Below are positions 27,986 through 41,704 of a stretch of DNA of 64,000 nt, piece by piece. The position numbers and the translations under genes were made by a program. Source of the DNA: Auanema rhodensis (taxonomy: Eukaryota > Animalia > Nematoda); contig OZ059899.1 in NCBI GenBank assembly GCA_964057225.1, positions 8,618,001 through 8,682,000 on the forward strand, read 5' to 3'. Position 1 is the stretch's first letter. Each line of letters begins with the position of its first letter. The notes below the pieces were generated by a model. The model saw only the letters and a list, made by a program, of their open reading frames with translations. It had not been told where the DNA came from and ran no database searches.

Positions 27986-29214
27986 GCTTCCTTCAACTCT
28001 AATTCATATAGTATATGTATAAGTGGGTGTGTGGTTTCGCACTTCCAAGTTCCTTTTGAATTTTATAATTTCAGATGTTCGAATATTTTGAAAATTAAAA
28101 CTGTAAACAGTTGCCCAATCTAATCTACATTAAAAAAATTATTCTCTTTATAGCCCCTTTTTTCGTCTCACAAACTTCTCTTTTCATCATAAATGGCTCG
28201 TTTGCACACTGTTTTAGCACCCATTCGGGTTTGTTGATATAGCCATTAGTCACAAGCGTTTGATTTCTTTCATCTAGCCGACTTCAGAAGCTTTTCATGA
28301 TCGTTTAGTGCTTAAGATACGACGACATCGAAGTCATCTTACCTTCTTTCTATTCAGAACCTTATCACTAAACCATTATAACCAATTTCATGGTGGCTTC
28401 TCTTCTCACTTCCTGTTACCTCCGCCACAATATAGCATGATGTCTATATTTCATATATGGCTTGAAGCTATTGTACCTACTTTGTTTAACTTATTGATTG
28501 TTTAATTCATTTTTATTATGATTATCATACTAATTATATTTCTAAACAAAGTTTTCTTTGAGTTTTTAGTTAAGAAAAAATAAAAAACTGTGTCGACAGT
28601 TTGTCTGCATATCAATTCTCAAGTCGCTTCCTTTCTTATTCCTTACTACACCTTACATATAGGTTTTAATGTATGATAAACACTTTGTTTGGATAGGACG
28701 ACCCTATCAGATTTATCAAGAAGCATACGGTAGGAACCGGAAATACGTGGCGGATCCCACTTCTTTTCAAGTACCAAACATAGACAGTAGAAGCTTTTAT
28801 TCAAACATGAATAAAGACTAAAGAAGTTGAAAAGAAGCTTTTTTCCATTTGTTGTTCGATCGCTTCTTATTAGTTTTTTCGATTCTTTTCTTGAATCTAA
28901 TTGAAAACATTTACTTAAATTACTCCAATATTTTAAAATAATTCAAATAAATTATCTGTAAATGATTAAAAAATTGATTTGTGCTCAGAATCGCATTGAT
29001 CTGTCTTCAGACCAGTTTTTATCGCTACTTTCCACCCTCTTTCATTCCCATGTTCTGAAATGAACTCTCTCGCAGATTACGGTAGCAGGACCTTCATAGC
29101 ATAGAATTATTTTCCTTTATAATCTTTTGATATTGAATTTACTTGTTTATGTTTCTTTCTTTAATGCTAAATTGTTCCTCTTCTGTTCTTAAGTCTTATT
29201 TTCATATTTTCAGG

Positions 29215-30085
29215 ATGTTTCCTACATATTCCTCATCCATATTCCCACCAATGGTCTCTACTGAAGATTGGATTCGTCTCTGCCATTCACCATATCTCCA
29301 AACTTTTCTTTTGGCCTTAGCACAAAATGAATATCAACAGGTATATCAAACATGTTTTTGAATTCTGCTCATGATCATCATCTTCTTAGAAATTAATAAT
29401 GCATTCTCCTGAAGCTTCAACATCGTCTGACACATCTACAACTTTGTCTTCAACACAATCTTCTGAAAAGAAACGCTTTGATTTTACTCACTTAGCTGAT
29501 TCAATTGAGCAAGAAGAACAAGCCACCAAAATCGAACAACAAGCAGCAAATGTAAGTTTTGAACAATACCTTTGAATATCAATAAAATTATTGTTTGCAG
29601 TTTTTAACCACTCCATCCAGACGGCCTCCTGTTTTTGCTCCAGGACAGTATCAAAAGCCTTGGTTCTTTCATCCAAGACCCAAAGCTAGTGGTAGATCAA
29701 ACCGACCAAGAAAAGAATTCATTTGTAAGCATTGTGATCGCCAGTTCTCTAAATCGTATAACTTATTAATTCATGAAAGGTAATCAAAACAAACAAGCAG
29801 TACAACTTCTAATCCAAATTATTTTTAAGAACACATACTAATGAACGTCCATACGAATGTGATATATGCAAAAAACGCTTTAGACGTCAAGATCACCTTC
29901 GTGATCATAAGTAAGTCTACTATTTGTCTTTATGAGTATTACATTATTTTATTTTTAGATATACACACTCTAAGGAAAAACCATTCAAATGTGATATCTG
30001 CTCAAAAGGATTTTGTCAAGCCAGGACATTACAAACTCATCGGGAAGGCCATAGTAAAGATGAACTCAACAAAACTTGTAGCTAA
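29215..30085 (+). CDS. odd-1: Odd-skipped family C2H2 zinc-finger transcription factor (3 fingers; ODD-1-like)
   Basis: 5 exons: [10 protein letters not shown] motif, then [26 protein letters not shown]|[27 protein letters not shown]|[27 protein letters not shown]. These are Odd/Osr signature fingers. The odd-1 versus odd-2 assignment is tentative. Confidence 0.9.
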
Positions 30086-30399
30086 ACATTTACATATCAA
30101 TAGCATAATTATGAAAAATTAATTGTTTTGTCTTGAACGTTATGTGCCTTCCTTCGGCTTATTATATGATAAAATTGTTCATAATATGTATTACATATCG
30201 AAAATTGTATTATTTTCTTATTTCATGTCTTATTAAGCATTCTGTGCTAGTCACCTCATTTTTGTGAATTTTATAACTACATATGTCATTTAATAATTTG
30301 AAAAAAAATATAACAAACCGTATTAATCTATAATCTTCTTCATTATTTCACTAAAACAACACAAAGAAATACATTCAATACTACAATTGGAAACATATA

Positions 30400-31010
30400 A
30401 TTTCAAATATTTCTGGTCTATCACAACAAAGTTTTAACTTCTCAACAAAAAAATACAGATACTGTATGCCAATTCTAAATGCATCTGTATGACTATCCAA
30501 TTTCAAAACTAAATAGCAGCTCCATGAAAATTCTTGTTATTAGACTGACCCATTTCTTCACCTGTATTTGAGCATTTCGATAAGAATTGTAAGGTACTCT
30601 TCATGGAGAAAATAACACAGACTTCTTGAACAATTGAGAAAAGTTCTTCTGTTTAAGTAAGAATCAACATTATTCCTTATACTTCAATGTAGTACAGTTA
30701 TGTGGGTTGTTTATCTAATTCAGCTTCATCACCTTTTCTTATCAGATTGTTTGATGATGTTATGGTGTCAATAGACACCTTATATTCATAATTCTTTTAC
30801 ATATTAACATGTCGGGAGCTCACATTTAACTATCAAGAGCACTAAATATACAATTAACCTTGCTCTATGCTTGCCAACAAGTACCAAGATCTCAAAAGGA
30901 CCGCTATATGTATGGGAAGCAGTCTGTCAAATTTATTATTTAACTACGAGTGGGCTTGTTTGTCGTATGACACCAAACTCAATGATTACTGGACCCAAAA
31001 ACTAAAAGTG
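30400..31010 (+). mobile_element. Highly decayed Tc1-like transposase relic
   Basis: Collinear frameshifted fragments: GTLHG (cf. AGLHGR), TVM/VGCLSNSASSPFLIRLFDDVM (cf. SVMVWGCFTSTSMGPLRRIQSIM), INLALCLPTS/QDLK/YVWE (cf. LLDWPSQSPDLNPIEHVWE), LVCRM (cf. LIDSM). Confidence 0.4.
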
Positions 31011-31237
31011 ATTCAATGATTTCATGAAAAACTTAAACTATGAAATTGAATTCACAGAAATAAAGTCAAAGATATAACTGATCAAATCATGTATTGTTTC
31101 ACAAATAAAACTTTCTTTTAAAAAATAATAAATATCTCAGTAAAATATGTTAAGAGTTCGAATACGATAAGTAATAATAGTATCATAGTTTGGCAAGAAA
31201 CAATGATATATTCAAATCACAGAATAATTTCACCAGG

Positions 31238-33658
31238 TTAATAAAATTTTGAACTGCGTTCTACGGCTTGTAGCCATAATTTATAAGTTTTAAGTAAAAA
31301 TTGTTGACTAGTCGAGGAAGGTTTAAAAACTTTTTCAACTGCTATCATATTTGGCAAATTATGCATATCCCACATTCCTGAATATCACTACTTATACTGT
31401 TTAAATCATCAATAACAAACCTAATTGAAGCCCTGCTAAAAGTGCGACTCCTTTGCATGCAACAAGTCCTGCATCTTGGATTCTTTCGATTTCATGCCCT
31501 AAAATATCCGCAATGCTTTGGCAAACAAAATCGTTGGCAGAAACTCCTCCACATATTCTAAACAATGAAATAATCAAACGATAAAAAAATAACAATTTTC
31601 TAATTAATATAATTTTTTTTTTATTTTAGTCTCATCTCTTAGATATTAATTATAATTATTTTTATAAATTGCGCTTATTAACCAATTGCATTCGATGCAA
31701 CTAATAATTTTTAGTTAAGCATTAAAATAAGAGTTTAAAAAATACCTGACTCTTGGAATTTTTACAGTTTTAACTTCATTTACCATTGTCTGATATATTT
31801 GATAGACACGGTAGACTATAGATTCTAATATAGCTCGAACCCTAAATATTTTAATATTACAAAACTTATATAGTAAGTGTAGAAAAATATTAGTTCAATT
31901 CATATATTGAAAAAAATTATAAATACGTGGCTAGTAATAAATGAAAACGTACATATGAGCTTTTGTGGTATCTGGACGTAGTCCCATAAAAGAACAGCAA
32001 GCTGTACCATCGTTAATTGGAGTTTGAAGACCTGGAAAATATAGAAAAGTGAGAGAATACATCACACGACGACTGACCTCCGAAGGCTGGAACAAAAACC
32101 AAACCGTTACTACTTTTTACAGAATATGCTAAATCACTAGTTTCATTAACATCAGAAAATAATCCTAAATAAACAACAATGAACAAAAATCATTACAAAA
32201 TCATTCTAACCGATGTCTTGGGCCCATTTCAAAAGAAGTGCTGTATCATGATCATTACCTTCGGCAATGAATACAGGCTTCTTATTTATTCGCCAGCCAA
32301 CCAATGGATACAATCCTTAAATATAATTTCGTTTTCTCTTCCACATTGTAATAAAATACCATTCATTGATGCATGAGGATGAGATCCAGTATTCATATCC
32401 ACAAATGTTCCAGTGCCAAGCGAAATTTTAATATCATGCAGTTCCCAACCCCCACTACCATATAAAGCTGATTGCTGATCGGCAAGCTGGAAATGGCGTT
32501 TAAGCTCAGAATAGTATGACTAAGTTATTACGACAGCTGTAATAGGAATTCGCCTTCCAAAAATATTTGATTTTATAAAGCATAGTTCTTTTGAAGAAGT
32601 TGAGTCCACAATAGTTGGAAGTATACGTGAAGGGAAACCAAGAAGTTTAATAATGACGGTGTTATAATCATTCTATAATGCTGATGAAAATTTCTTTTTC
32701 GCAATGTAAACTCACAATATACGGGTCAAACAACCCCGTTGACGACACACTTGATGCATCGGCGATATACACTCCATTTTCACTTATTTGATTAAGAAGC
32801 CAGGTTTCCAAGCATCCAAACCCAAGATTGTTCTGGTCGATCAATGATTTATAATCAGGCAGCTTAAAACAATAAGCATACAAGTGAAACTTTCGAATTA
32901 TACAAGTACCGTATCAAGAGTTACTAAAGCTCTATGGGTCACCATAGCTGATAAAAATTTCAAATTTCTAGCTCCCATAAATCTCGGCATTCGAGTAAAA
33001 AAATGCAAAAGAGCACCACAACCATTTATAAGCTGAACAAGACAAGACAAATACAGCAAAATAGTTTGCACCTGTCTCCAAACCTTAATATAAGAAGAAT
33101 TATTCCATTCCTCGCATAACTTTCGTGCCCTGGCATCATTCCAACAAACTATATTATGAAGAGGCTCATTTGTAGACCTAAACTAATGATGTGAGCACAA
33201 ATAGTAAGCTTATCAGCACTTCTTCCAAAAAAGGAACGAATTCCTCTGGCAACACAAAGCCAAAGCAACGGGAGTCTCAGGTGAAGCAATTTGTACTACA
33301 ATATTTGTATCAAAAAACAAAAGAAAATCAATTTTTGAGCAACTTAAGCACAAACAAAGCAAAAATTTTGAAAATTGAATTTCAAACTTAAAACGAAATA
33401 ATTATTAAACTCTATACGTACAAACATCAAAGACGACTCTTTTGAATTGTTGTAGTAGCTCAGCAGGATTTATTTCAGCTCTTAATTGCCATTCATCTTG
33501 ACCTGATATCAAAACGTTCACCTTAATCAACAGAAAATAAAGTGTACACAGATAAACCTAACTTTTTCTTCTGAAACTTTAATAATGTTACATGATTTAT
33601 CATAAATACAAGCTCTAATAGTAGTAGTGCCAATATCAACGGATATAATATACTGCAT
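31238..33658 (-). CDS. GK5: FGGY-family carbohydrate kinase, glycerol kinase 5-like
   Basis: About 14 exons: MQYIISVDIGTTTIRA, LCCQRNS, IVCWNDARA, FGCLETWLL, SSTGLFDP, LADQQSALYG, KISLGTGTFVDMNTG, GLYPLVGW, FVPAFGGLQTPIND, RAILESI, ICGGVSANDFVCQ, ...AVERSSKFY*. The extended insert after WND is GK5-like. Confidence 0.88.
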
Positions 33659-34446
33659 GACACATAAGAATCTAAAATATTGCATATGCAGAGCAAGATT
33701 CACACCAAAAAAGGAACCAGAGCCAATATATCTCCAAGGAAACATACAATAACAGAAATATAAAAGGTAATATTTATTATTAGTTTAATTGTTATACCCA
33801 TGATTGGACTTGCAACAAGTAGTAATTGAAATACACAAATGATAAGTTTTGAGAAAATTATAAATAAATAATAATAAAAGTAATAAGACAACAGTGAATA
33901 GCTTAATGAAGACGTTATTGATTTGTAAAACTCAAATACCCTCTATTAAAGTCTGACGAATTTGATCACAGAGAAAGCTTAAAAGCAAAATAAATAGGCA
34001 CAATAAAACCAAATTCCTAGACTAGAGAAAACTTAGAATTCAATGGATTTTTCGATATAGGAAATATAAAGAATCATCTATTGCTTAACATTTCTCATCA
34101 CTAGAAACAATATCACTAATAACCTTGAATCTCTCAATAGAGAAACGGAACTCGACAATTCGTAATAAGAAATGACGAGAACAAGGTTAAAGAATGTACA
34201 TACCATAAAAAATCCCAGAAAACAAGAATAGCCGTATAACTGGAAAGCCTATGATCCAGAAGAATAGCATGGCTCTTAACAGAGACGTCTGATAAAGAAG
34301 TGCAAGAACAATCAAGCTGGCATATCGAGACACCAAAATATTTCATCCATTCATCAAACGATAAGGAAACACATTAGCACATAATCAATATCTATTCAAA
34401 ATAATAAATAAAGCAAACGGTAGCAGAAAGTAATACCTGTAAGTGA

Positions 34447-36519
34447 TTAGAAATTGAATTTGAAACTAAATGGGCCTCCGCCACCGCCTCCTCCTCCTCC
34501 AGGGAATCCGTGGAATCCGTGGAAGCCATGGAACCTAAAAAAAATAATTCAAAGAGTAACTAAACAAATTTAAATTACCCTTGATGATGGTGGTGGTCAC
34601 CGTGCTGAGATTCGGGATCAAGAGGATCTATTCCTTGATCAAATTGACGACGCTTTTCTGAAAATTAAAGTTTTAACCATTTAATATTTCCTAAATTAAC
34701 ACCTTCATCTGATAAAACTTCTTTGGCAGCAGCGATATCAATAAATTTCTGTTCTGCTTTCTAGAAAAAGAAACGACTATGATACAAATCAAAAAACAAA
34801 ATAGACTACCTTTTTCTCTGCATCATCCGAATAGTTGTCGGGATGCCACTTTTGAGCCATCTTTCTGTAAGCCTTCGTGATCTCTCGTTTGCTAGCATTT
34901 CTACAACAAACGTTCAATACGATTACAATGGTTGCATTTCTCTTTACCTTTTTACTCCTAAAATCTTGTAATAATCTCTACGACCAGCCTGTTTTTTCAG
35001 TTTCTGCGCTCTATCTAAACCTTCATTGGCTCGTCGATTTTCATCACTAACTTCTTTAGCCTTTTTGTAATCATCAATAGCTAAATATATAAAATACTAT
35101 GAAAAATGTCTATAGATCAATACCCATATCATATTGTTCATCTAAAAGGTAGGCTTCAGCTCTGTCACAGAGAATATCAATATCATTAGCATTCTCGTTC
35201 TCAAGAACTTCAGTGCATTCTTGAATAGCCTGGGCAATATGTCCAGCCTTAAATAAAACATTTGAAAGCATGCATGTTGAGTGAAACTAAAAAATTGAAT
35301 ACCTCACGGTTGCATTTACATGTTTCTCTGAATACTGCGAACTGTATGCTAGGAACTTCAGTTTCAAATTTAAGGATTTGTTGTCCTTTCTCCAAACAAT
35401 TCATCCACTCTGATTTCTTCACTAGATCACTTAAAGATTCCCTCATCTTAGCAAGCTTCTTGACTTTTTTATAATATGGGAAGCATTGCTTATGGTCAGG
35501 ATTCAACTTTAAACATTCACGAACTTGCCTGCAAATAAAGAAATATTTAAGCATAACTGTCATAATATATCAAACCCTAATGATTCTTCAACGTCTCCAA
35601 TAGAATAATAAAGCTTAGCTATTTCTAAGAATGCATCAGTACTATCGGATACAAGCTTAGTATAAGTTCTCATATCAGCGATAGCTTTTCTGATTTCGCG
35701 TCTCTCTTCAAGACATCTAGAACGCATTTTATAAAGAGTAGGATCCCAAACCATATGCTAAAAGTATCTTATAAAGACAGCAGAAACTAAATTAATCCAA
35801 CCTCTAGAGCTTTCGTTAGATAAAATTCAGCATGAGTCAGTTCCTCATTTTCGTAGAATAGCTTAGCTTGGTGAACATACTGTCTAAGCTCTGTAAGAAG
35901 TTCAACTTTCTGCTGTACTTCAGCGTTGTTGTTATCAATGGATAGCTAAACATAAACAAAACTGTAAGCAATTATAATATAAACAACAAATACCACAGCA
36001 TTATAATCGTGCTCGGCATTATCGATATCTCCCTGTTTCAATAAAACATTTGCTCTCGAAAGACGAGCCTGAAATATGAAATTGGTCTTGGCTGCAAAGA
36101 GGATTTAACATACGGCTGTGAAATCAGGTTTCAACTCAATAACTTTATCTAAGTCGGGAACAGCGGATTTACTTTTACCCATGGCTAAATAAACGGTAGC
36201 TCTACGGTATAAAGTTTGATAATTAGCAGGATCAAGTTCCACGGCAGCATGATAATGAGTTAAAGCATCTCCAAATTGGGCCTAGAACCAAATCAGAAAA
36301 ATATTCTTCACGATATGAAGTTACCTTAGCCAAAAACTGTTTTCCCAATGCTAAATGTTTTTCGATTTCCTGTTGGCTAGCAAACCCATAGGCTGAAAAA
36401 AATGTATTAAATGAAATAAATGAAAACAATGTGTGAAAAATTGAATTTTAGTTACGTATAAACTCACCAAAAAGAACGGTAAGTAAAGGTATACCATGAT
36501 TAAGACAAGAGTACAGCAT
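34447..36519 (-). CDS. dnj-7: ER co-chaperone DNAJC3/P58IPK (TPR repeats + J domain)
   Basis: Signal-like N-terminus, KHLALGKQFLAKGQFGDALTHYHAAVELDP, YRRATVYLAMGKSK, VRECLKLNPDHKQCFPYYKKVKKL, J domain DYYKILGV...WHPD, DPLDPE, C-terminal GPFSFKFNF*. Confidence 0.93.
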
Positions 36520-39500
36520 GAGAAACTAATATTCTTGCCAAGATTAGCAAGAAATTAATTTTTGCCACAAGCCTAAAGATTATAGAGATTAATCAAATTT
36601 TTATGTTGAAATTTGTTATTTAATGAGGAAGCATTACGTGGAACATTGAGCATTAGATGATGCTAAACAAACTTCGTACTCTATGCAACGTCAGTTTATA
36701 CGTAGTATCGACGCCGTATAAATAAAACTTTACGGTAGGTCACGTATACGATAAGCATATTTTCAATTTAACGCATAAATTAAGACTTTTCTACATAATT
36801 TTAATAATCTGTTAATTACAAATATAAAAAGTTAAATAGTAATAATCTATAAGTATCAACAAGGCTTTTTAAAGATTTTAAATTGTTAAAGTTTAAAGAT
36901 TGCATGCTTTTAGTATATAAAATATTTCTTTCATTAATACTAAATTCTGGTAAAATTATGTGATAATATAGAAAAAGCGACGAAATGTGAACCACAAACG
37001 ATATGTTCGTCTTTTCCAGAGCTGAAGATATAAATGTAGGCAAAACTTTCTAAAATTGGTCATCCCACAGATTTTGGTTAATAGAGAACAGTTGGTCATA
37101 CGGCTGTTAACTACCTTTCTTCGCGTCTGTGTCAATTTCGCTCATTCTCTTATATTTGTCCTTCAGGTGGCTTATATTGAAGCCACATAGAATTCCAATC
37201 TTTATATCGCAAGTGAACGACGTACTGTTAGAGAATTTGTAATAGTTTTGAGAAAAAATATCAGCTTATTCATAGTTGATAAACTTCTGAATTTGTTGGA
37301 CTAGTATCACAATGCACAAAATACTACAGATAACGGTGTGGCTTCTCCAAGCATCTGATTAAACGCATTGGATAATATATGCGTACTCGCAGTAATTTGT
37401 CCCAAGTGATTAACGACTGAACAGAAAATGCTGCCCACGACTGATTACTTTTCTTGGAAAGTTTTGATATCGAATAACCCCAATTCACAAGAAAGAAATA
37501 GAGATTGATTAGCTAATCATATTTCCAAAATCTTTATTTTGACCTTTAATGCCAGATGAAAAAAATCCTCGAGTCGTAGGAGAGCATTGGAGCAGAAGGA
37601 AAATACCCAAAAGAGGGACTGTCTGAGTGACAGTTCCGTAATGCGCGAATATAGATGAGGAGAAGGAGATTGATATATGATGGAGAAAAAGAAGCCGCCA
37701 GATGGGCAATATGGCAACAACAGCTAAAAATGGAAACAAAGAAAATGAAGGTTTCATGAATCTTGTGCTCTTCATTAATTTCCCTTAGAAGAAAAAAGAA
37801 AATTGACAAAAACAGAAATAGATCTTGACTGTGTTAATTGCAAAATTACAATTATATCTGAACACGTATTAAATATCAATAACTTTTAACAAAAGCTCTA
37901 AACAGATCTGATAAAAGCTGTGATTTTTCACTAAATAAATAAAATATTTCAAACAATACAATATCGCTATACCAAGAAAACCAAAACAGATTTTAACTTT
38001 ATAATTTGTCCAAATCTCAAAATCTACAAAATACTAAACTTTCAACAATATATAAAATCCCCAACATTGAAAAAATATAGTTTTTCATGATTTTCAGATG
38101 GTAAAAACGTTTTAGATAATTTTTCTGATCAATGTATCCATTATTCATCAAATCAGTTGTCTTCACCCACAGCAGGTGATTTCATCCACCGTCAATTCTT
38201 CTATATACCAGGTTCTTCCGTCCTTCTTCACTTTTCAATCAAGATTAATGTTTTTTTCTTTTATTGTTTTGTTTTATATATGTTTTTTTATTTTTTTAAT
38301 GGTTTTTTAAATACAATAATTATTTTGCTAAACGAATAAATAAATGTGTATAATAATTCTATCAGTTTTTACTATGAATATCATCTGCAGCTAAATATTG
38401 CTCCCAGAAATTACCGATTAGAATTCTAATGAACACTCATTGATGTATCAAAAAATATCTGAAGAAAGTTCCAGGCAGGACCAAATTCTCATTATATTTC
38501 TTTTTTAAGAATCATACATCTGGTCTTACTGCTATCAGACTTCTCAGGGTCGTTTCATGTACTTTTCTTATTTGGCACTTGGTCTCACTCGCAGATGGTA
38601 CATCATCATCATATTGTCGGCTCTAATGACAGCTGCGAAAGCCTTACTTGCCGAGATCAGTATTTAGAAATACTTAACTATAAATCACAATAATAATAAT
38701 TTATTCAAATTACTCTAACTATAATTCACTTTAATATCATTTCATGTGGCGAAAGTTGCTGTGCTTTTGCCCTATTGTGTACACAGTACTTCATCATTTT
38801 TTCATTTGATCTTTTCATTTATGTCATGCAAATATTACAAAAGTATTCAATATTACTGAAATCATTAAAAAAAATTTTGCAAAGATTTTTGAAAATTCCC
38901 AGCTTTTCTGTTTTTTCTCTCTCGAGAGTGGTCAAAAAGAAGAAAAGCAGTAAAGGGTGTGATCCTCTTCTGGCTACCAGCTCGTCGTTTATCAAAATGT
39001 CTGGGTTCGCTGCAATCCCCTTTGGGCCAGAACTGAAAACATAGTCGCCGACTCTCTCTCTCTCCGTTTCCTATTCTATTCTACCCATAATTCTCTCATT
39101 CTCTTTATATTTCGTATTTTTTCTCTTTGAATCATTGAACCCTTTTCTCTCTTCCTCCGTCTTTTCTATCTCTGTGAGTGAGAAACCCCAAGTACATTCG
39201 TCTTCTGAATTTCTAAGCCCCCATGTTAGATGCTTGTGTTTCTGATCAACTTGAGTAAACGTACATCAGTCCATGTAGAGTTTTACTCGTCGGATTCCAT
39301 GATCTTTTTTGCATAGGCTTGTGTTATCGTTCATTCCCAATACCGGAATACCAACGCGAATTCTCAAGATTTGCTTGTCTATATTCCCACTATCATACGT
39401 ATTTCTGATTAACTACATTTTGAACTATACATATGAGATTTATGTATTTCTTTCACAAAATTTATTGTAGTTCTGATTGAAAGACAGTAGGTCATTTAAC

Positions 39501-41603
39501 TTTTTTCTATATCTTTCTTATCGTCTCGAAACGGAAGGAATTTCAAGCATCTTTCTTATAGAATAGAGAAAAATGTTGAAAGCATGGTAGGGCGTGTGCG
39601 AGGTTCATTAAACCCAAGTAATTTACTTCTTAACTTTCAACTCGAATAAAATGTTTTTTTCTCCTATTTAACTCAGACAGTATTTTTTTCATTTTTGCTC
39701 ATGCATAACTATGATACTGATTATTTTTCACAAAGTAACATCTTCAATAATTCACCTATACGAATTAGAAATATTTTCTTACTATTGATTTAGTTTTCTT
39801 AACAAAAATTTCTTCCTTTTCTTTATAAAAAAAGGAATCAGCAATCAGGCCTCCTTCATAGCTGTTCGATCATATGTTGCAGCTGACGTTGGCTGAATCA
39901 GCAATCTGTTTTATTTTATCTTCCTAACATTCTGTATAAAATGTTAAGTATATTAAGTTATCTTTCGATATCAAAAGCATAAAACTTGATTAATGTTGAA
40001 GATGAAATAGAATATATCTGCTGTATGACTGATATTATGAAGTAAGGTTTATTAAACCTTTATTTAAATTTTATTAAAGATTTAAAGTGTTTTATAAACA
40101 GAAACAAACAGAAATAATTCAAAGAAATATTTTAAGTTTATCAGTTTTAAATGAGAATATTAGAAACTGAAAATCATAGTTTTTTATCCTTCTTACAAAT
40201 CTTTTAATCTTTAAATAGTATAAATATACAAAAATTTTATATTATACAATATTCTTATTTATTTTATTGAAAATACTAAAGTTAGATCATTTGAACCATA
40301 GTTCGCCAAGAGTCACAGAGAGGTTGCATCAGGGAGAACATTAACGACTTTACATTGTACTCCACACAAATCGGTCCAAGCATAGCAAGATGCTATTTGT
40401 TCAAGTTTTAAATATCAACAAGCTTTCCGTCATCTTAGTCGTGCTTCATCCCTGAAATATATATTGTTATATTTTGTTATTTATGTAGTTTCAACAAAAA
40501 AAAGTTTTGAAATGCATTATTAGAGATGAAAAGAGTTTTCAAAAAAGCATTGTTGATTATTTCAATAGTGACATATTAATTTCATCGTGACTTCATATAT
40601 TGTTATCAGTGAATCATAAAATCACTTGGATATCATATCTAGTCAATAATCAAATAATTCAATGTACATTAATTATATTTTTTGAAATTTCAATAAAGTT
40701 GCTCAATAATATCTATATATGCGTGTGCATTTATTCTTTCTTTATCTTATCATTCGTAACAGAAAAAAAGTTTTAAAACCTGAAATTTATAAATGAAAAC
40801 ATATTTGTTAATGATTATATTTATATTTATTTTAAATAAAAAAGAAAAATTAAAAACCTATGATGTTTGAAATTTTCTTTAAAAATAATTCTACATATAT
40901 TTAGCTTTAAGTTATTTAGTTACTATTCATTCAAACTTATTTTTTCATACAAAGAAGTTTGCTACAAGTCCATTTGAAATCAGCATTAGGTCCAAAAATG
41001 AACGGACAGTCGCATTTCGGTTCTAAATGAAGATTTATTAGATGACAATCGCATGTTTCTCTCCTTTTTACTCTATCGTTTTGTCTTTCTCTTCATTATT
41101 CGTCTTCTTCATCATCATGATCAACGTTGTCGTTTTTTTTTTACGTTTGTTGAATGATCTTAACCATTCAGTTTCTTCATTTTAGTTCTGATAGTCTCGT
41201 TACGACGTCATCCTTGTTACCATCTGTAAATTTTGAAAGATTAATGAAAAATCTAGAAATTGTTTGAAATAAATTAATGAATTTCATATTATTTCGGAAA
41301 TAGATTCCGGAAAACCAATCTCTTCACAAACTTTGCAGGAAGTTTGCAAATTTTTGTATTTTTAATTTTTTTCATTTATCAATATATCATCACACCTCTA
41401 GTCGAAAGACAAACTTTCTAATAACGGAAACTGATAAAGATAATCAATAAGCCAATTATTCTCACATGGAAAGAGGACATTCTATTTAAAGTATTGTTAC
41501 TGAATTCATTCATATTTTAAATTTATATTTTTTTAAATATTTATGTTTATTATATATTATTTGAAAAATGATAGTAACAACGTCATATATGTCATAAGTG
41601 AGT

Positions 41604-41704
<101 letters not shown>

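Noticed and set aside
33700-34346. Short hydrophobic ORFs between dnj-7 and GK5
   Set aside because: No consistent start or splice structure; most likely T-rich 3' UTR or intergenic sequence.
37509-37809. Three overlapping hydrophobic minus-strand ORFs
   Set aside because: A by-product of purine/pyrimidine strand skew; no splice partners or family motifs.
39241-39295. Hairpin TCTGAT..GAGTAAA..TACAT/ATGTA..TTTACTC..GTCGGA
   Set aside because: A 6-nt bulge and short AT-rich stems make it unlike a pre-miRNA, and there is no known seed.
39602-39630. GGTTCATTAAACCCAAGT resembling a spliced-leader sequence
   Set aside because: Only partial similarity to SL1/SL2, with no AG|GT leader boundary at ~22 nt and no Sm site or SL hairpins.
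40290-41225. Minus-strand segments preceded by good acceptors (TTTACAG, ATTTCAG)
   Set aside because: All frames hit early stops. It could be a lncRNA divergent from bar-1, but nothing in the sequence supports that.
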